NCBI GenBank assembly: GCA_042216675.1
Contig: JBDGTS010000036.1
Span: forward strand, 1-24,361
Reading direction: 5' to 3'
DNA from: Halobacteriaceae archaeon
GTDB lineage: Archaea > Halobacteriota > Halobacteria > Halobacteriales > Halobacteriaceae
Length of the DNA stretch: 24,361 bases
The translations under genes and the position numbers were made by a program. The first letter of the stretch is position 1. Every line of letters begins with the position of its first letter. Shown here piece after piece: positions 1 through 8,584 of the stretch. Below the pieces are notes generated by a model, which saw only the letters and a program-made list of their open reading frames with translations, searched no databases and had not been told where the DNA came from.

Positions 1-57
1 GAGTCGATGGAAACCGCGCTCCAGTCGCTTCCCGGCGCCGAATCCGCCGCGGAGTGA
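1..57 (+). CDS. 3' end of a CDS entering the window (…ESMETALQSLPGAESAAE*), product unknown
   Basis: Frame +1 is open from base 1 to TGA at 55-57 with haloarchaeal codon usage; it converges on the CBS gene. Confidence 0.5.
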   Translation, partial: ESMETALQSLPGAESAAE

Positions 58-62
58 GGTAA

Positions 63-86
63 TCTCCAGTCGAAACGAAGGGGGTT
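63..86 (+). promoter_or_regulatory. Origin recognition box (ORB)-like element, copy 1
   Basis: TCTCCA-GTC-GAAAC-GAA-GGGGG-TT matches the archaeal ORB architecture: TCCA-N3-GAAAC dyad followed by a G-string. Confidence 0.75.
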
Positions 87-88
87 CG

Positions 89-589
89 CTACTCCGGTGA
101 ACCCGTTCGCTGGCGCTGTACCGCCCGCAGAACGTCTTGTCGGGTCACGATGCCAACCAGTTTTCGGTCCTCGACGACGGGGAGTCGGTTGATGTCCTCG
201 TCGGCGTCGGCCAGCAGGTCCAACAGGTGGTCGAGGTCGGCGTCCGGCGTGACGGACACCACGTCGGTGGTCATCACCTTCCGCACCGGCTTGTCGGCGT
301 TGTTCACGAGGTCCATCCCCAAGTCGAAGTCCTCGACGTTGACGTTGAGGGGGTAGTCCACCACGTCCGTGAACGGCGGGAGGCCGATGGGAATCCAGTA
401 GAGGCGGTCTTTCGTCTTGAACAGGGAGACGAGGTCGTGTTCCGTGACGATGCCGACGAGGCGCCCGTCGTCGTCCACGACGGGGAAGCCGCTGAAGTTC
501 ACCGTCGCCATCCGCCCCAGCACCTCGCTGATCTCGTCGTCGGGGTGGACCACGGACACGTCCGTCTCCATCAGGTCGCGGGCTTTCAT
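89..589 (-). CDS. CBS-domain (Bateman pair) protein, 166 aa
   Basis: Two CBS repeats (FSGFPVVDDDGRLVGIVTEHDL; INRLPVVEDRKLVGIVTRQDVL) separated by an insert (LYWIPIGLPPF…). Confidence 0.92.
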   Translation of the reverse strand: MKARDLMETDVSVVHPDDEISEVLGRMATVNFSGFPVVDDDGRLVGIVTEHDLVSLFKTKDRLYWIPIGLPPFTDVVDYPLNVNVEDFDLGMDLVNNADKPVRKVMTTDVVSVTPDADLDHLLDLLADADEDINRLPVVEDRKLVGIVTRQDVLRAVQRQRTGSPE

Positions 590-639
590 ACCGGCCCGTC
601 GCGCCGCCGCCCCGTAGTCGTTGCGGCGTCATCTAGCGT

Positions 640-662
640 TCTCCACACGAAACGAAGGGGTT
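640..662 (+). promoter_or_regulatory. Origin recognition box (ORB)-like element, copy 2
   Basis: TCTCCA-CAC-GAAAC-GAA-GGGG-TT is identical to copy 1 except for two spacer bases and G-string length. Confidence 0.75.
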
Positions 663-663
663 G

Positions 664-2598
664 TCAGTCCTCGTCGCCGACGCCCTGCTGGGCGACCCGT
701 TCGCTCGCCGCCTCCACGAAGTCCTCGGGCAGGTCCTCGATTTCGCCCGCTTGCACCCGCCAGAGGTTCGCGTAGAGACCGTCAGCGGCGAGGAGCGCGT
801 CGTGGCTCCCGCGTTCCACGATTTCGCCGTCCTCGATGACGAGGATGGTGTCGGCGTCGCGCACCGTCGAGAGGCGGTGGGCGATGATGAACGTCGTCGT
901 CTCCGCCGCGAGTTCGTCGATGGAGCGCTGGATGAGCATCTCCGTCTCCGTGTCGACGGCGGAGGTGGCCTCGTCGAAGATGAGAATCGAGGGGTCGCTG
1001 AGGATGGTCCGCGCGATGGCCACCCGCTGCCGCTGGCCGCCGGAGAGTTTCACCCCGCGCTCGCCGATGTCCGTCTCGTAGCCCTCGGGCATCTTCTCGA
1101 TGAAGTCGTGGGCTTGGGCCTTCTTCGCCGCCGCTTCGATTTCATCCCGGCTGGCGTCGAACGCGCCGTACTTGATGTTCTCCGCGACGGTGCCGTCGAA
1201 GAGGAAGTTGTCCTGTCCGACGTAGCCCATCGACTGCCGCAGGCTGGACACCGTCACGTCGCGCACGTCGTGACCGTCGACGCGCACCGCGCCCTCGCTC
1301 ACGTCGTAGAGGCGGAGCAGGAGTTTCAGGATGGTCGTCTTGCCCGCGCCCGTGGGTCCGACGATGCCCACCGTCTCGCCCGGCTCCACCTCGAAGTTCA
1401 CGTCTTCGAGGACGTAGTTCTCGGCGTCGTCCTCGTACGCGAAGGACACGTCGTCGTACTCCACGCGGCCCTCGGCGTCGTCGAGTTCGACGGCGTCCTC
1501 GCTGTCCTGAATCGAGACGGGCATGTTCATCACGCCGAGGATGCGCTTCGTCGACGCCTTCGCGTCCTCGTAGCGGTCTACGATGTTGCCCATCTGCGCC
1601 AGCGGATTGACGAGTCGCTGGGTCAACAGCAGGAAGGTGACGAGTTCGCCCACCTGCAGGGTGCCGCTGAGCGGCCCCGGCGCCGTCCCCTGTACGATCC
1701 AGATGCCGCCGACGATGAACGTCGCGATGAACGCCAGCGACGTGAGCGCCTGCAGGCCCGGGCGGTAGATGAAGTTCAGCCGGAGAGCGAGCCAGTCGAG
1801 TCGGAAGTACTCGTAGGAGTGCTGTTCCACCCGGTCGTCCTCGTAGTCCTCGGTGTTGCCGGCCTTGATGACCTGAATGCCGTTGAGGTTGTTCTCGAGT
1901 CGGCTGTTCAGGTCCCCGACGCTCCCGCGCACGTCGGCGTAGCGCTCCTCGGCGAGTCTCATGAACCAGTAGGTGAACGCCGCCGAGGTGGGCACGATGA
2001 GCAGGGTGACCAGCGCCAACTGCCAGTTCAGCGCGAGCAGAACCGCCGCCGTCCCGAGCATCAAGACGACGAGCTGGATGGCGTTGCCCATCATGTCGTC
2101 GAGGAACTGCTCTAAGCGGTTCGTGTCGTTGCTGAGAATGGACATCAGCTCCCCCGTCTGCATCTCGTTGAAGAAGCTCATGTCCAGTCGCTGCATCTGC
2201 TGGTACGTCGCGGTCCGGACCTCGTGTTTCACGCGGTGGCTGAACAGGTTCAGCGAGGACTGGCGCACGAAGTTCAGGAACGCCGACCCCACCATCGCCA
2301 CGGCCATCAGGCCGACGGCGAACCAGAACTGCGCCATCTCCGTCCCCGGGATGTAGGACTGGGGCACGTAGGGAATCGAGAACGCCTCGTCGCCCCGGAA
2401 GATGGAGTCGACGGCCGCGCCCAACAGCACCGGCGGCACGAGCGAGAGGAAGCGGGCGAGCGTGCTGGTGAGGACGCCGAGGACGAACCACCGGCGGTTC
2501 CCCTCCCCGTACTGCATGAACAGTTGGTACAGCGGATGGTCGACCTGCTCCCGGTACTCCTCGAGGACGTCGGCGCTGGGTTCTGCGTCAGTGCTCAT
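664..2598 (-). CDS. ABC transporter, fused permease + ATPase (MsbA/MdlB-like half-transporter)
   Basis: N-terminal hydrophobic TMD, Walker A GPTGAGKT, Q-loop (VGQD), signature LSGGQRQR, Walker B/D-loop IFDEATSAVD and H-switch IAHRLST. Confidence 0.95.
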   Translation of the reverse strand: MSTDAEPSADVLEEYREQVDHPLYQLFMQYGEGNRRWFVLGVLTSTLARFLSLVPPVLLGAAVDSIFRGDEAFSIPYVPQSYIPGTEMAQFWFAVGLMAVAMVGSAFLNFVRQSSLNLFSHRVKHEVRTATYQQMQRLDMSFFNEMQTGELMSILSNDTNRLEQFLDDMMGNAIQLVVLMLGTAAVLLALNWQLALVTLLIVPTSAAFTYWFMRLAEERYADVRGSVGDLNSRLENNLNGIQVIKAGNTEDYEDDRVEQHSYEYFRLDWLALRLNFIYRPGLQALTSLAFIATFIVGGIWIVQGTAPGPLSGTLQVGELVTFLLLTQRLVNPLAQMGNIVDRYEDAKASTKRILGVMNMPVSIQDSEDAVELDDAEGRVEYDDVSFAYEDDAENYVLEDVNFEVEPGETVGIVGPTGAGKTTILKLLLRLYDVSEGAVRVDGHDVRDVTVSSLRQSMGYVGQDNFLFDGTVAENIKYGAFDASRDEIEAAAKKAQAHDFIEKMPEGYETDIGERGVKLSGGQRQRVAIARTILSDPSILIFDEATSAVDTETEMLIQRSIDELAAETTTFIIAHRLSTVRDADTILVIEDGEIVERGSHDALLAADGLYANLWRVQAGEIEDLPEDFVEAASERVAQQGVGDED

Positions 2599-2713
2599 TC
2601 GGTGTCCGGCCGCGAGTCCGCGGCGGTTCGTGCTTCAACCGCCTCACGGTGTTAACAGTTGTGTTAGCGTGAGCGGCTTTCCGGCTATGGCGGCCACAGC
2701 GCGCCGAATTCAG

Positions 2714-2755
2714 GGTAACTCACGGGCACCCGGTATCTTCTGGTAACCGTTAAGT
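2714..2755 (+). promoter_or_regulatory. HxlR-gene promoter (TTAAGT TATA-like, 2750-2755) preceded by GGTA(A/T)C direct repeats
   Basis: The TATA-like box lies 24-29 nt upstream of the GTG start. Repeats: GGTAAC 2714-2719, GGTATC 2732-2737, GGTAAC 2742-2747. Confidence 0.45.
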
Positions 2756-2778
2756 GCGGTCCCCTCCTACGGTGGAGC

Positions 2779-3153
2779 GTGAGCGACTCAGAACCGCCGC
2801 TTCATGTCTGGTGTGCCGGCAAGGACTGGTGTGCGCTGTCTTCGACGGCGAAACTCATCGGCAAGAAGTGGCATCCGGTCATCGTCGCGCGCCTCCTCGA
2901 ACGGGATCCCCTCGGCTTCAACCGCCTGCAGGAGGCAGTCGATGGCATCTCCAGCAAAGTCCTCTCGGACAGCCTCGAGGACTTAGAGGAGAAGCAGTTG
3001 GTCGAGCGAACCGTCGTCAGCGAGAAGCCGTTCCGCGTCGAGTACGCCCTCACCGACACCGGCGAGTCCCTCGAACCGGTCGTGAACGCGATGCGCGACT
3101 GGGGCGCCGAGCATCTCAGCCCCGCCGCGGACAAGGAGTCCTCCATCGCCTGA
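2779..3153 (+). CDS. HxlR-family winged-helix transcriptional regulator
   Basis: IGKKWHPVIV…GFNRLQEAVDGISSKVLSDSLEDLEEKQLVER…RVEYALTDTG is the HxlR/DUF24 pattern; GTG start. Confidence 0.92.
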   Translation: MSDSEPPLHVWCAGKDWCALSSTAKLIGKKWHPVIVARLLERDPLGFNRLQEAVDGISSKVLSDSLEDLEEKQLVERTVVSEKPFRVEYALTDTGESLEPVVNAMRDWGAEHLSPAADKESSIA

Positions 3154-3194
3154 CCGGCGACGGATTTTAGCGCTTGCGCGTGCCACTCTTAGGT

Positions 3195-3359
3195 ATGCCG
3201 CAGGTCCACCTCGACGAGGGCACCATCGAACGCCTCGACGAACTCCGCATCGACGAGGAGTCCTACGACGAAATCGTGACGGAACTCATCAACATCTACG
3301 AGGCCCAAGAGCTCACGCTCCAGTACGGCAGCAGCGAACCCTACGGCGCTGAGGACTAG
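3195..3359 (+). CDS. Small ribbon-helix-helix/antitoxin-like conserved haloarchaeal protein, 54 aa
   Basis: MPQVHLDEGTIERLDELRIDEESYDEIVTELI has a beta-helix-helix pattern. ATG 3195 is chosen because TATA-like TTTTAG lies 30 nt upstream. Confidence 0.7.
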   Translation: MPQVHLDEGTIERLDELRIDEESYDEIVTELINIYEAQELTLQYGSSEPYGAED

Positions 3360-3622
3360 GCCAGCCGCCGCCCCCCGCCGTTCGCCGGGTGACGCAGGTC
3401 AGCGACACAGCGCCGACAGAACTGGTAGTCGGCGTCGTTCATGGCGCCACAGTGGGGACACAGCACCTCGCCCTCGGCCGTCTCGGCGTCGGCGCCCGAC
3501 GGCGCGCCGGCCGCCCCCGGCTCCGGCGGGGCGGTGTGGCGTCCGTAGCCGTACAGGAGTGCGAGCAGGTACGCCGCGGTGAATACGGCGACGAGCCCGT
3601 ACAGCCACGTCGCTGGTTCCAT
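3356..3622 (-). CDS. Single-TM protein with C-terminal zinc ribbon
   Basis: Hydrophobic helix WLYGLVAVFTAAYLLALLYGY, then CPHCG…YQFCRRC. The likely start is ATG 3622 (alternative 3652). Confidence 0.8.
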   Translation of the reverse strand: MEPATWLYGLVAVFTAAYLLALLYGYGRHTAPPEPGAAGAPSGADAETAEGEVLCPHCGAMNDADYQFCRRCVADLRHPANGGGRRLA

Positions 3623-3661
3623 ACTCGTGTGTACGGACTCCTCGCACTTCATACTCCGGGC

Positions 3662-4483
3662 TCATCGACGCCGAGCGGCCGCGAGCGCCCCGAACCCGGC
3701 CAGCGCCCCCGCGGGTGCGAGCAGGAACGCGGCGAACAGCACCGGCGCGCTTTCGGACCCGCTGGCGAGGCCCGCGAGCGGACCCAACGCGGCGAGCGCC
3801 ACCACGGCGCCCCGCCCCCGATTCGCGACGAGCGCCGCGGCACCGACCCCGAGCGGAAACAGCGCCGCGCCGAGAGGGAACGCCAGCGCCACCGACGGTG
3901 CCGCCAGCGCGTCGGTGCTGAAGGTCATCGGGTCGGCATCGGCGATGCCCGGCCCACCGCCGGCCTGCAGGAACGTCGCCACGCCGACGAGATACGTCAG
4001 CGTCGCCACCAGCGCACCTGCCTCGGTGACGAGTCGCCGTCGGCGCCGCGCCGTTCGCTGGCGCTGGCGCTGACCCCTGAACGCCGCGCCGGAGCCGTAC
4101 CGGTCGTCCGAGCGGCCGGGGTCTCGGCTCCGGCCGTCGTCGTGGGACCGCCCCGAGCGCGTCTCGCTGGCGCTGTTTCGGCGCTCAGTGGTCCGGTCAC
4201 GTCCGCCGTCGTCTTCCTCGCTCTGGGCGCGGCCGAACGTGGGGAGGCCGCCCATCCGCTGGGTGACGTATTTCTCGTGGCCGAGTCGGTCGTAGGCCGC
4301 GCGTTCCTCGGGGTCCGTCAGCACGTCACGCGCCCGGTGGAGCGTCTTGAACTGCTCGTTCGCCCGTTCGTCGTCGTTCAGGTCGGGGTGGAACTCGCGG
4401 GCCTTCTCCCGAAACGCCGCCTGTATCTCCTGTTGGTCGGCGTCGGGGGGCACGTCGAGCAGTTCGTAGAAGTCGTCGGCCAT
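3662..4483 (-). CDS. J-domain (DnaJ class C) protein with C-terminal membrane segments
   Basis: DFYELLDV…FHPDLN…RAAYDRLG J-domain with intact HPD, a disordered R/D/S/G linker and about 4 hydrophobic helices. Confidence 0.88.
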   Translation of the reverse strand: MADDFYELLDVPPDADQQEIQAAFREKAREFHPDLNDDERANEQFKTLHRARDVLTDPEERAAYDRLGHEKYVTQRMGGLPTFGRAQSEEDDGGRDRTTERRNSASETRSGRSHDDGRSRDPGRSDDRYGSGAAFRGQRQRQRTARRRRRLVTEAGALVATLTYLVGVATFLQAGGGPGIADADPMTFSTDALAAPSVALAFPLGAALFPLGVGAAALVANRGRGAVVALAALGPLAGLASGSESAPVLFAAFLLAPAGALAGFGALAAARRR

Positions 4484-4534
4484 CCTCTGGTGATTGGGGA
4501 CGGTACGCCGTCGCGGCAGTTGAAGGTACCGGGC

Positions 4535-5023
4535 CTACTTCTCCACGTCCAGCAGGGCCACGCGCTCTCGGACGAGTGCCGAGAGGCCCGCGCTCGACGC
4601 GCGGCGCTCGGCGTCGCTCACCTCGAAGAACTCGCAGACGGCGCGCTCGTCGGTGGCGTCGAGTCCGGTACCGGGGTCGAGCAGGGACCGGACCGCCGCT
4701 ACAGCGCCCGCCTCGTCGTCGCCGGCCACGACGGCCACGACGGGGCCGGTGCCCTCCGCGACGCCCATCTCCAGCGCCCGGTCTATCTGCCGGCGGCCCG
4801 CGGCGTACAGCAGAATCTCGACGGCCCGGTTGCGTGCGACGTTTTCCCCGCGTTCGAAGGCTCGGTCGGCCCGCGCGACCGCGGTCTCGAGATGCGCCCG
4901 GTCCACGACGAGGCGCGCGTCGAAGGCCTGCACGGCGCAGTCGTGGGTCTCGCCGATGTCGGTCAGTCGCGCCACGAAGTCGTCGGTGTCCGCCACCGTC
5001 GCCGCGCCCTCGACGACTCTCAT
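4535..5023 (-). CDS. cgi121: KEOPS complex subunit Cgi121
   Basis: AVQAFDA…HLETAV…[20 protein letters not shown]…ERVALL motifs. The start overlaps the hel308 stop (ATGA). Confidence 0.92.
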   Translation of the reverse strand: MRVVEGAATVADTDDFVARLTDIGETHDCAVQAFDARLVVDRAHLETAVARADRAFERGENVARNRAVEILLYAAGRRQIDRALEMGVAEGTGPVVAVVAGDDEAGAVAAVRSLLDPGTGLDATDERAVCEFFEVSDAERRASSAGLSALVRERVALLDVEK

Positions 5024-7257
5024 CCGAAGTCACCCAGACTGGTCTGGTCGCGCCCGCCGTCGCCGTCGGCGCTCGCCGCCGCGGCCGCCGCGTCGGCGTC
5101 GGCCTCCACGTCGTCCAGCGACGGCGAGGGGTGGCCGGCGTTCTCCAGCACTCGCTCGGCGGTGCCCTGCCGCCCCCGGAGCGCTCCGAGGACGGTTTCG
5201 GGGTCCGCTTCGCGCAAGTCGGCGCGCGTCTCGACGCCCGCCTCGAACAGCCGACGCGCCCGCTTCCGGCCGACGCCGCGGACGCTCGTCAGGTCGAGCA
5301 GTTCCTCGCGCACGCCGTCCGCCACGCGGCGCCGGGCGCGCTGGACCGCTGTGGCGTTGCTCAGGCCCAGTTCGCCCGCCAGCCGTTCGGCGGCGTTCAG
5401 GAGCCACTCGGCCGTCTCCACCTTCCCGCGCACGTCGCCCGGGCCGACGCCGTAGCGCTCGGTGATGTGGTCCTCGTCCACCTCGTCGGCCCAGTCTTCG
5501 AGCAGTTTCGCCGTCTTGAGCGCGCTCAGCCACGACTCCCAGTCGTCGGCGAACTCCGAGGGCGCGCTCCCCGGCAGTTCGGCCTCGCGCTCGTACGCGA
5601 GTTCGGTGTACGTCTGCTCGTCGCCGGCCTTCAGGTACAGTTGGTACATGTCCGGCGTGCGGCAGACGAGATGGTAGAGACCCAGCGCCGTCGGGTCGTC
5701 GTCGTCCCGCAGGCCGTGGAGGATTTCGGCCGCGCTCATCGGGTCGAGGTACAACTCGGAGACGAGGCGCCCCGTCCGCGTCGCCGAGAGGCCGTCCCCC
5801 TCTCGCTCGACGAACTCGTTCGCTTCGAGGTAGTCCAGCACGTCGTCGGTGACCCGGCGCAGGTGGCTCCTGTCCTCGCTCTGACTCGCGTAGAGTGTGC
5901 CCGACAGGAACTCGCCCAAGCGGTCCCGCGTCGGCGCAAAGCCCGTCGCCACCGCGGCGAGGACGTGGGTCCGGAGCGCCGGTTCGGCCGCGAGTTTCGA
6001 GCGCACCGGCTCCGGATCGTCGTACACGTAGCGGTCGAACAGTTCGTCGAGTTCGTCGTGGGAGTTCGCCAGCAGGAGTGCCTCGCCATAGGGGTCGAGC
6101 CCCGGCCGTCCCGCGCGGCCGAACATCTGGTGGACCTCTAGCACGTCGAGGGGTTGCATCCCGCCGGCGGTGCCGTCGTAGCGCTGCCAGTCGCGGACGA
6201 TGACCCGCCGGCTCGGGGTGTTCACGCCCGCCGCGAGCGTCGGCGTCGCCGACACCACCTTGATGAGTCGCTCCCGGAACGCGTCCTCGACGAGCGAGCG
6301 GTGTTCGGGCGCGAGGCCCGCGTGGTGGAACGCCGCGCCGTCTCCGACGGCGTCGGCGAGGTCCGTGCTCGTCTCGGTGTCGCTGACGCCCCGAATCTCG
6401 TCGGCCACGGCCGCGAGTTCGTCTCGGGTCTCGGGGTCGAGCGCCGGCGAGACGGCGCCGGCGAGTCGCCCCGCCGCCGCCTCGGCGTTGCGCCGGGAGT
6501 TCACGAAGACGAGCGTCGACCCGCCGTCGTCGAGGGTGTCCCGAACCAGCGCCGCCGTCGGCTTCTCCGAGGATTTGACCTCGATTTCCTCCTGTGTGCC
6601 GTCGTCGTAGTGAATCGCCTGCCCGTACTGCACGCCCGTCCGCAAGTCGATGGGGCGCCACGTCGACTCGACGAGTTCGGCGTCGAGCCAGTCTGCCACC
6701 TCGTCGGCGTTGCCGACAGTCGCGGACAGTGCGACGATTTGCGGGTCGCAGATGGCCCGGAGTTTCGCGAGCGTCACCTCCAGCGTCGGCCCGCGGTTCC
6801 CGTCGTCCACGAGATGCACTTCGTCGGAGACGACACAGGAGAGGTCCTCGACCCACGGCGCGCCGTTGCGGAGGAGCGAGTCCACCTTCTCGCTCGTCGC
6901 CACCACCACGTCCGCGCTCGCGAGCCAGTCGCCGTCGCTCTCGTAGTTGCCGGTGGAGACGGCCACGTCCACGTCGAAGGCGTCCAGTCGCTCGAACTCC
7001 GCGGCCTTCTCGCTCGCCAGCGCCCGCAGGGGCACGATGTAGAGCGCCGTGCCGCCGCGATGCACGCTGGAGAGCATCGCCAACTCCGCGATGAGCGTCT
7101 TGCCCGACGCCGTCGGGACGCTGGCGACGACGCTCTCGCCGTCGGTGACGCCCGCCTCGACGGCCGCGGCCTGTGGCGGATACAGTTCCTCGACACCCCG
7201 GTCCCGCAGGTGGGCCGCGTAGCCGTCCGGCAGGCCCGAGAGTTCGCCGACGTCCAT
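5020..7257 (-). CDS. hel308: Ski2-like ATP-dependent DNA helicase Hel308 (Hjm)
   Basis: LYPPQ Q-motif, PTASGKT, DEVH, LSAT, FHHAGL, TLAAGVN and [10 protein letters not shown] motifs, C-terminal HhH ([10 protein letters not shown]) and terminal QTSLGDFG. Confidence 0.96.
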   Translation of the reverse strand: MDVGELSGLPDGYAAHLRDRGVEELYPPQAAAVEAGVTDGESVVASVPTASGKTLIAELAMLSSVHRGGTALYIVPLRALASEKAAEFERLDAFDVDVAVSTGNYESDGDWLASADVVVATSEKVDSLLRNGAPWVEDLSCVVSDEVHLVDDGNRGPTLEVTLAKLRAICDPQIVALSATVGNADEVADWLDAELVESTWRPIDLRTGVQYGQAIHYDDGTQEEIEVKSSEKPTAALVRDTLDDGGSTLVFVNSRRNAEAAAGRLAGAVSPALDPETRDELAAVADEIRGVSDTETSTDLADAVGDGAAFHHAGLAPEHRSLVEDAFRERLIKVVSATPTLAAGVNTPSRRVIVRDWQRYDGTAGGMQPLDVLEVHQMFGRAGRPGLDPYGEALLLANSHDELDELFDRYVYDDPEPVRSKLAAEPALRTHVLAAVATGFAPTRDRLGEFLSGTLYASQSEDRSHLRRVTDDVLDYLEANEFVEREGDGLSATRTGRLVSELYLDPMSAAEILHGLRDDDDPTALGLYHLVCRTPDMYQLYLKAGDEQTYTELAYEREAELPGSAPSEFADDWESWLSALKTAKLLEDWADEVDEDHITERYGVGPGDVRGKVETAEWLLNAAERLAGELGLSNATAVQRARRRVADGVREELLDLTSVRGVGRKRARRLFEAGVETRADLREADPETVLGALRGRQGTAERVLENAGHPSPSLDDVEADADAAAAAASADGDGGRDQTSLGDFG

Positions 7258-7283
7258 TAGACCGGGATAGGCGCGTCCCGCGG

Positions 7284-7295
7284 TTTAACCTTTCG
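7284..7295 (-). promoter_or_regulatory. BRE/TATA promoter of hel308-cgi121
   Basis: Minus strand reads CGAAAG-GTTAAA, with the TATA 27-32 nt upstream of the ATG, as expected for a leaderless haloarchaeal promoter. Confidence 0.7.
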
Positions 7296-7301
7296 CGCCG
7301 G

Positions 7302-8507
7302 TCACACCGGGAGCCGGCGACCGGCGACGATGGCGGCGACACAGCCGGCAGAGATGACCGCCAGTCCCGGTGCGTAACTCCCGGTCAGGTCGAACAGCCC
7401 GCCGACGAGGAACGGGCCGAGGAAGCCCCCGAACTCCCCGACGGCGAAGATGAGACCCACCGCGGTCCCGGTCAGTTCCGGCCCCACGTCGTCGAGTTCC
7501 GGTGGGACGATGCGCACCAGCGGCGAGAGGCCGCCGACGCCGACGCCCGCCAGTGTCACGCCCGCGACGGCGACGGCGAAGGGGAGCCCGCCCACGACCA
7601 GCGCACCGGTCCCGAGCGCACAGGCCGCGCTACAGGCCGCCACCGCCCCGCCCCGGCGCCCGAGGCGGTCAGAGAGCGGCGGGACGACGAGGATGCCCAC
7701 CGCGCGCGCCGCGACGAAGCCACTCGCGACTGTCGAGGCCACCCCCGCCGCGACGCCGCGGTGCGTGAGGACCGCCGTGAGCCAGTTCTGGAGGCCGTGG
7801 ACCACGAGCAGATACGTGGCGCCCACGACAAGGAGCAAGCGCATCGAGCGACTGCCGAAGACGGCGGCCACGTCGGTGCGAAGCGACGCGAGCGACAGCG
7901 ACTCGTCCGCGGCTTCTCCCACCCGGAGCGCCGCTGTCGGTGCGAGCCACGCCGCGACGGCCCACACCGCGGCGTAGCCCAGGACCGCCAGCCCCGTCGT
8001 CCAGAAGACGGGCCGCCACCCGCCGAGCATCGGGCCGAGAACGCCCCGGCCGAGGCTGAACGCCGCGGCGGTGCCCGCGAGCGACCCCAGCACGTACACC
8101 GTCGAGGGCGTCCCGGCGCTCCCGGCCGGGAACAGGCGCGCGACCAGTTTCGGCAGGCCGAACGTGATGGCCGTCCCGCCGACGCCGACGACGACGGTGA
8201 GCGCCAGCATCGCCGGGAACGTGGTGACGCCCGCGCGGGCGGCTTGGGCCGCACCGAACAGCGCCAGTCCGCCCCCGATGGCTCGGTACGGCCCGATGCG
8301 GTCGGTGACGGCGCCCGAGAACAGCGACACCGGCACGTACGCGAGTGGGATGATGCCGGTCAGTAGGCCCGCCTCGGAACTGGAGAGCCCCAGTTCGGCG
8401 CTGATGGGGGCCAGAAACGCCGCGACCGAGAACCAGACGAACAGGAGACAGGCGTACGCGAGCGCCCCCATCGCGAGCAGTCCCCAGCGGACGGTGCGCG
8501 GTGACAC
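7302..8507 (-). CDS. MFS transporter (CynX/NimT-like)
   Basis: About 12 hydrophobic segments and motif A variants (GAVTDRIGPYR; PPLSDRLGRRG). The likely start is GTG 8507 (track ORF opens at 8531). Confidence 0.9.
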   Translation of the reverse strand: MSPRTVRWGLLAMGALAYACLLFVWFSVAAFLAPISAELGLSSSEAGLLTGIIPLAYVPVSLFSGAVTDRIGPYRAIGGGLALFGAAQAARAGVTTFPAMLALTVVVGVGGTAITFGLPKLVARLFPAGSAGTPSTVYVLGSLAGTAAAFSLGRGVLGPMLGGWRPVFWTTGLAVLGYAAVWAVAAWLAPTAALRVGEAADESLSLASLRTDVAAVFGSRSMRLLLVVGATYLLVVHGLQNWLTAVLTHRGVAAGVASTVASGFVAARAVGILVVPPLSDRLGRRGGAVAACSAACALGTGALVVGGLPFAVAVAGVTLAGVGVGGLSPLVRIVPPELDDVGPELTGTAVGLIFAVGEFGGFLGPFLVGGLFDLTGSYAPGLAVISAGCVAAIVAGRRLPV

Positions 8508-8584
8508 GTCCCCACCTCGGCCGGGGCGCAAATCAGCGCGTCGGTCCCGTCACGCCTTTGCCACGGGCGGCCCGAGTCGTGAGC

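Noticed and set aside
9-27. GGAAAC and CTCCAGTCG resembling ORB halves
   Set aside because: They are in the wrong order and spacing, have no G-string, and lie inside the upstream CDS.
63-662. Interpreting the 23-24 bp direct repeats as target-site duplications or att sites of a mobile element
   Set aside because: There is no transposase, integrase or terminal inverted repeat, and the mismatches fall exactly in the ORB spacer. The ORB interpretation is preferred.
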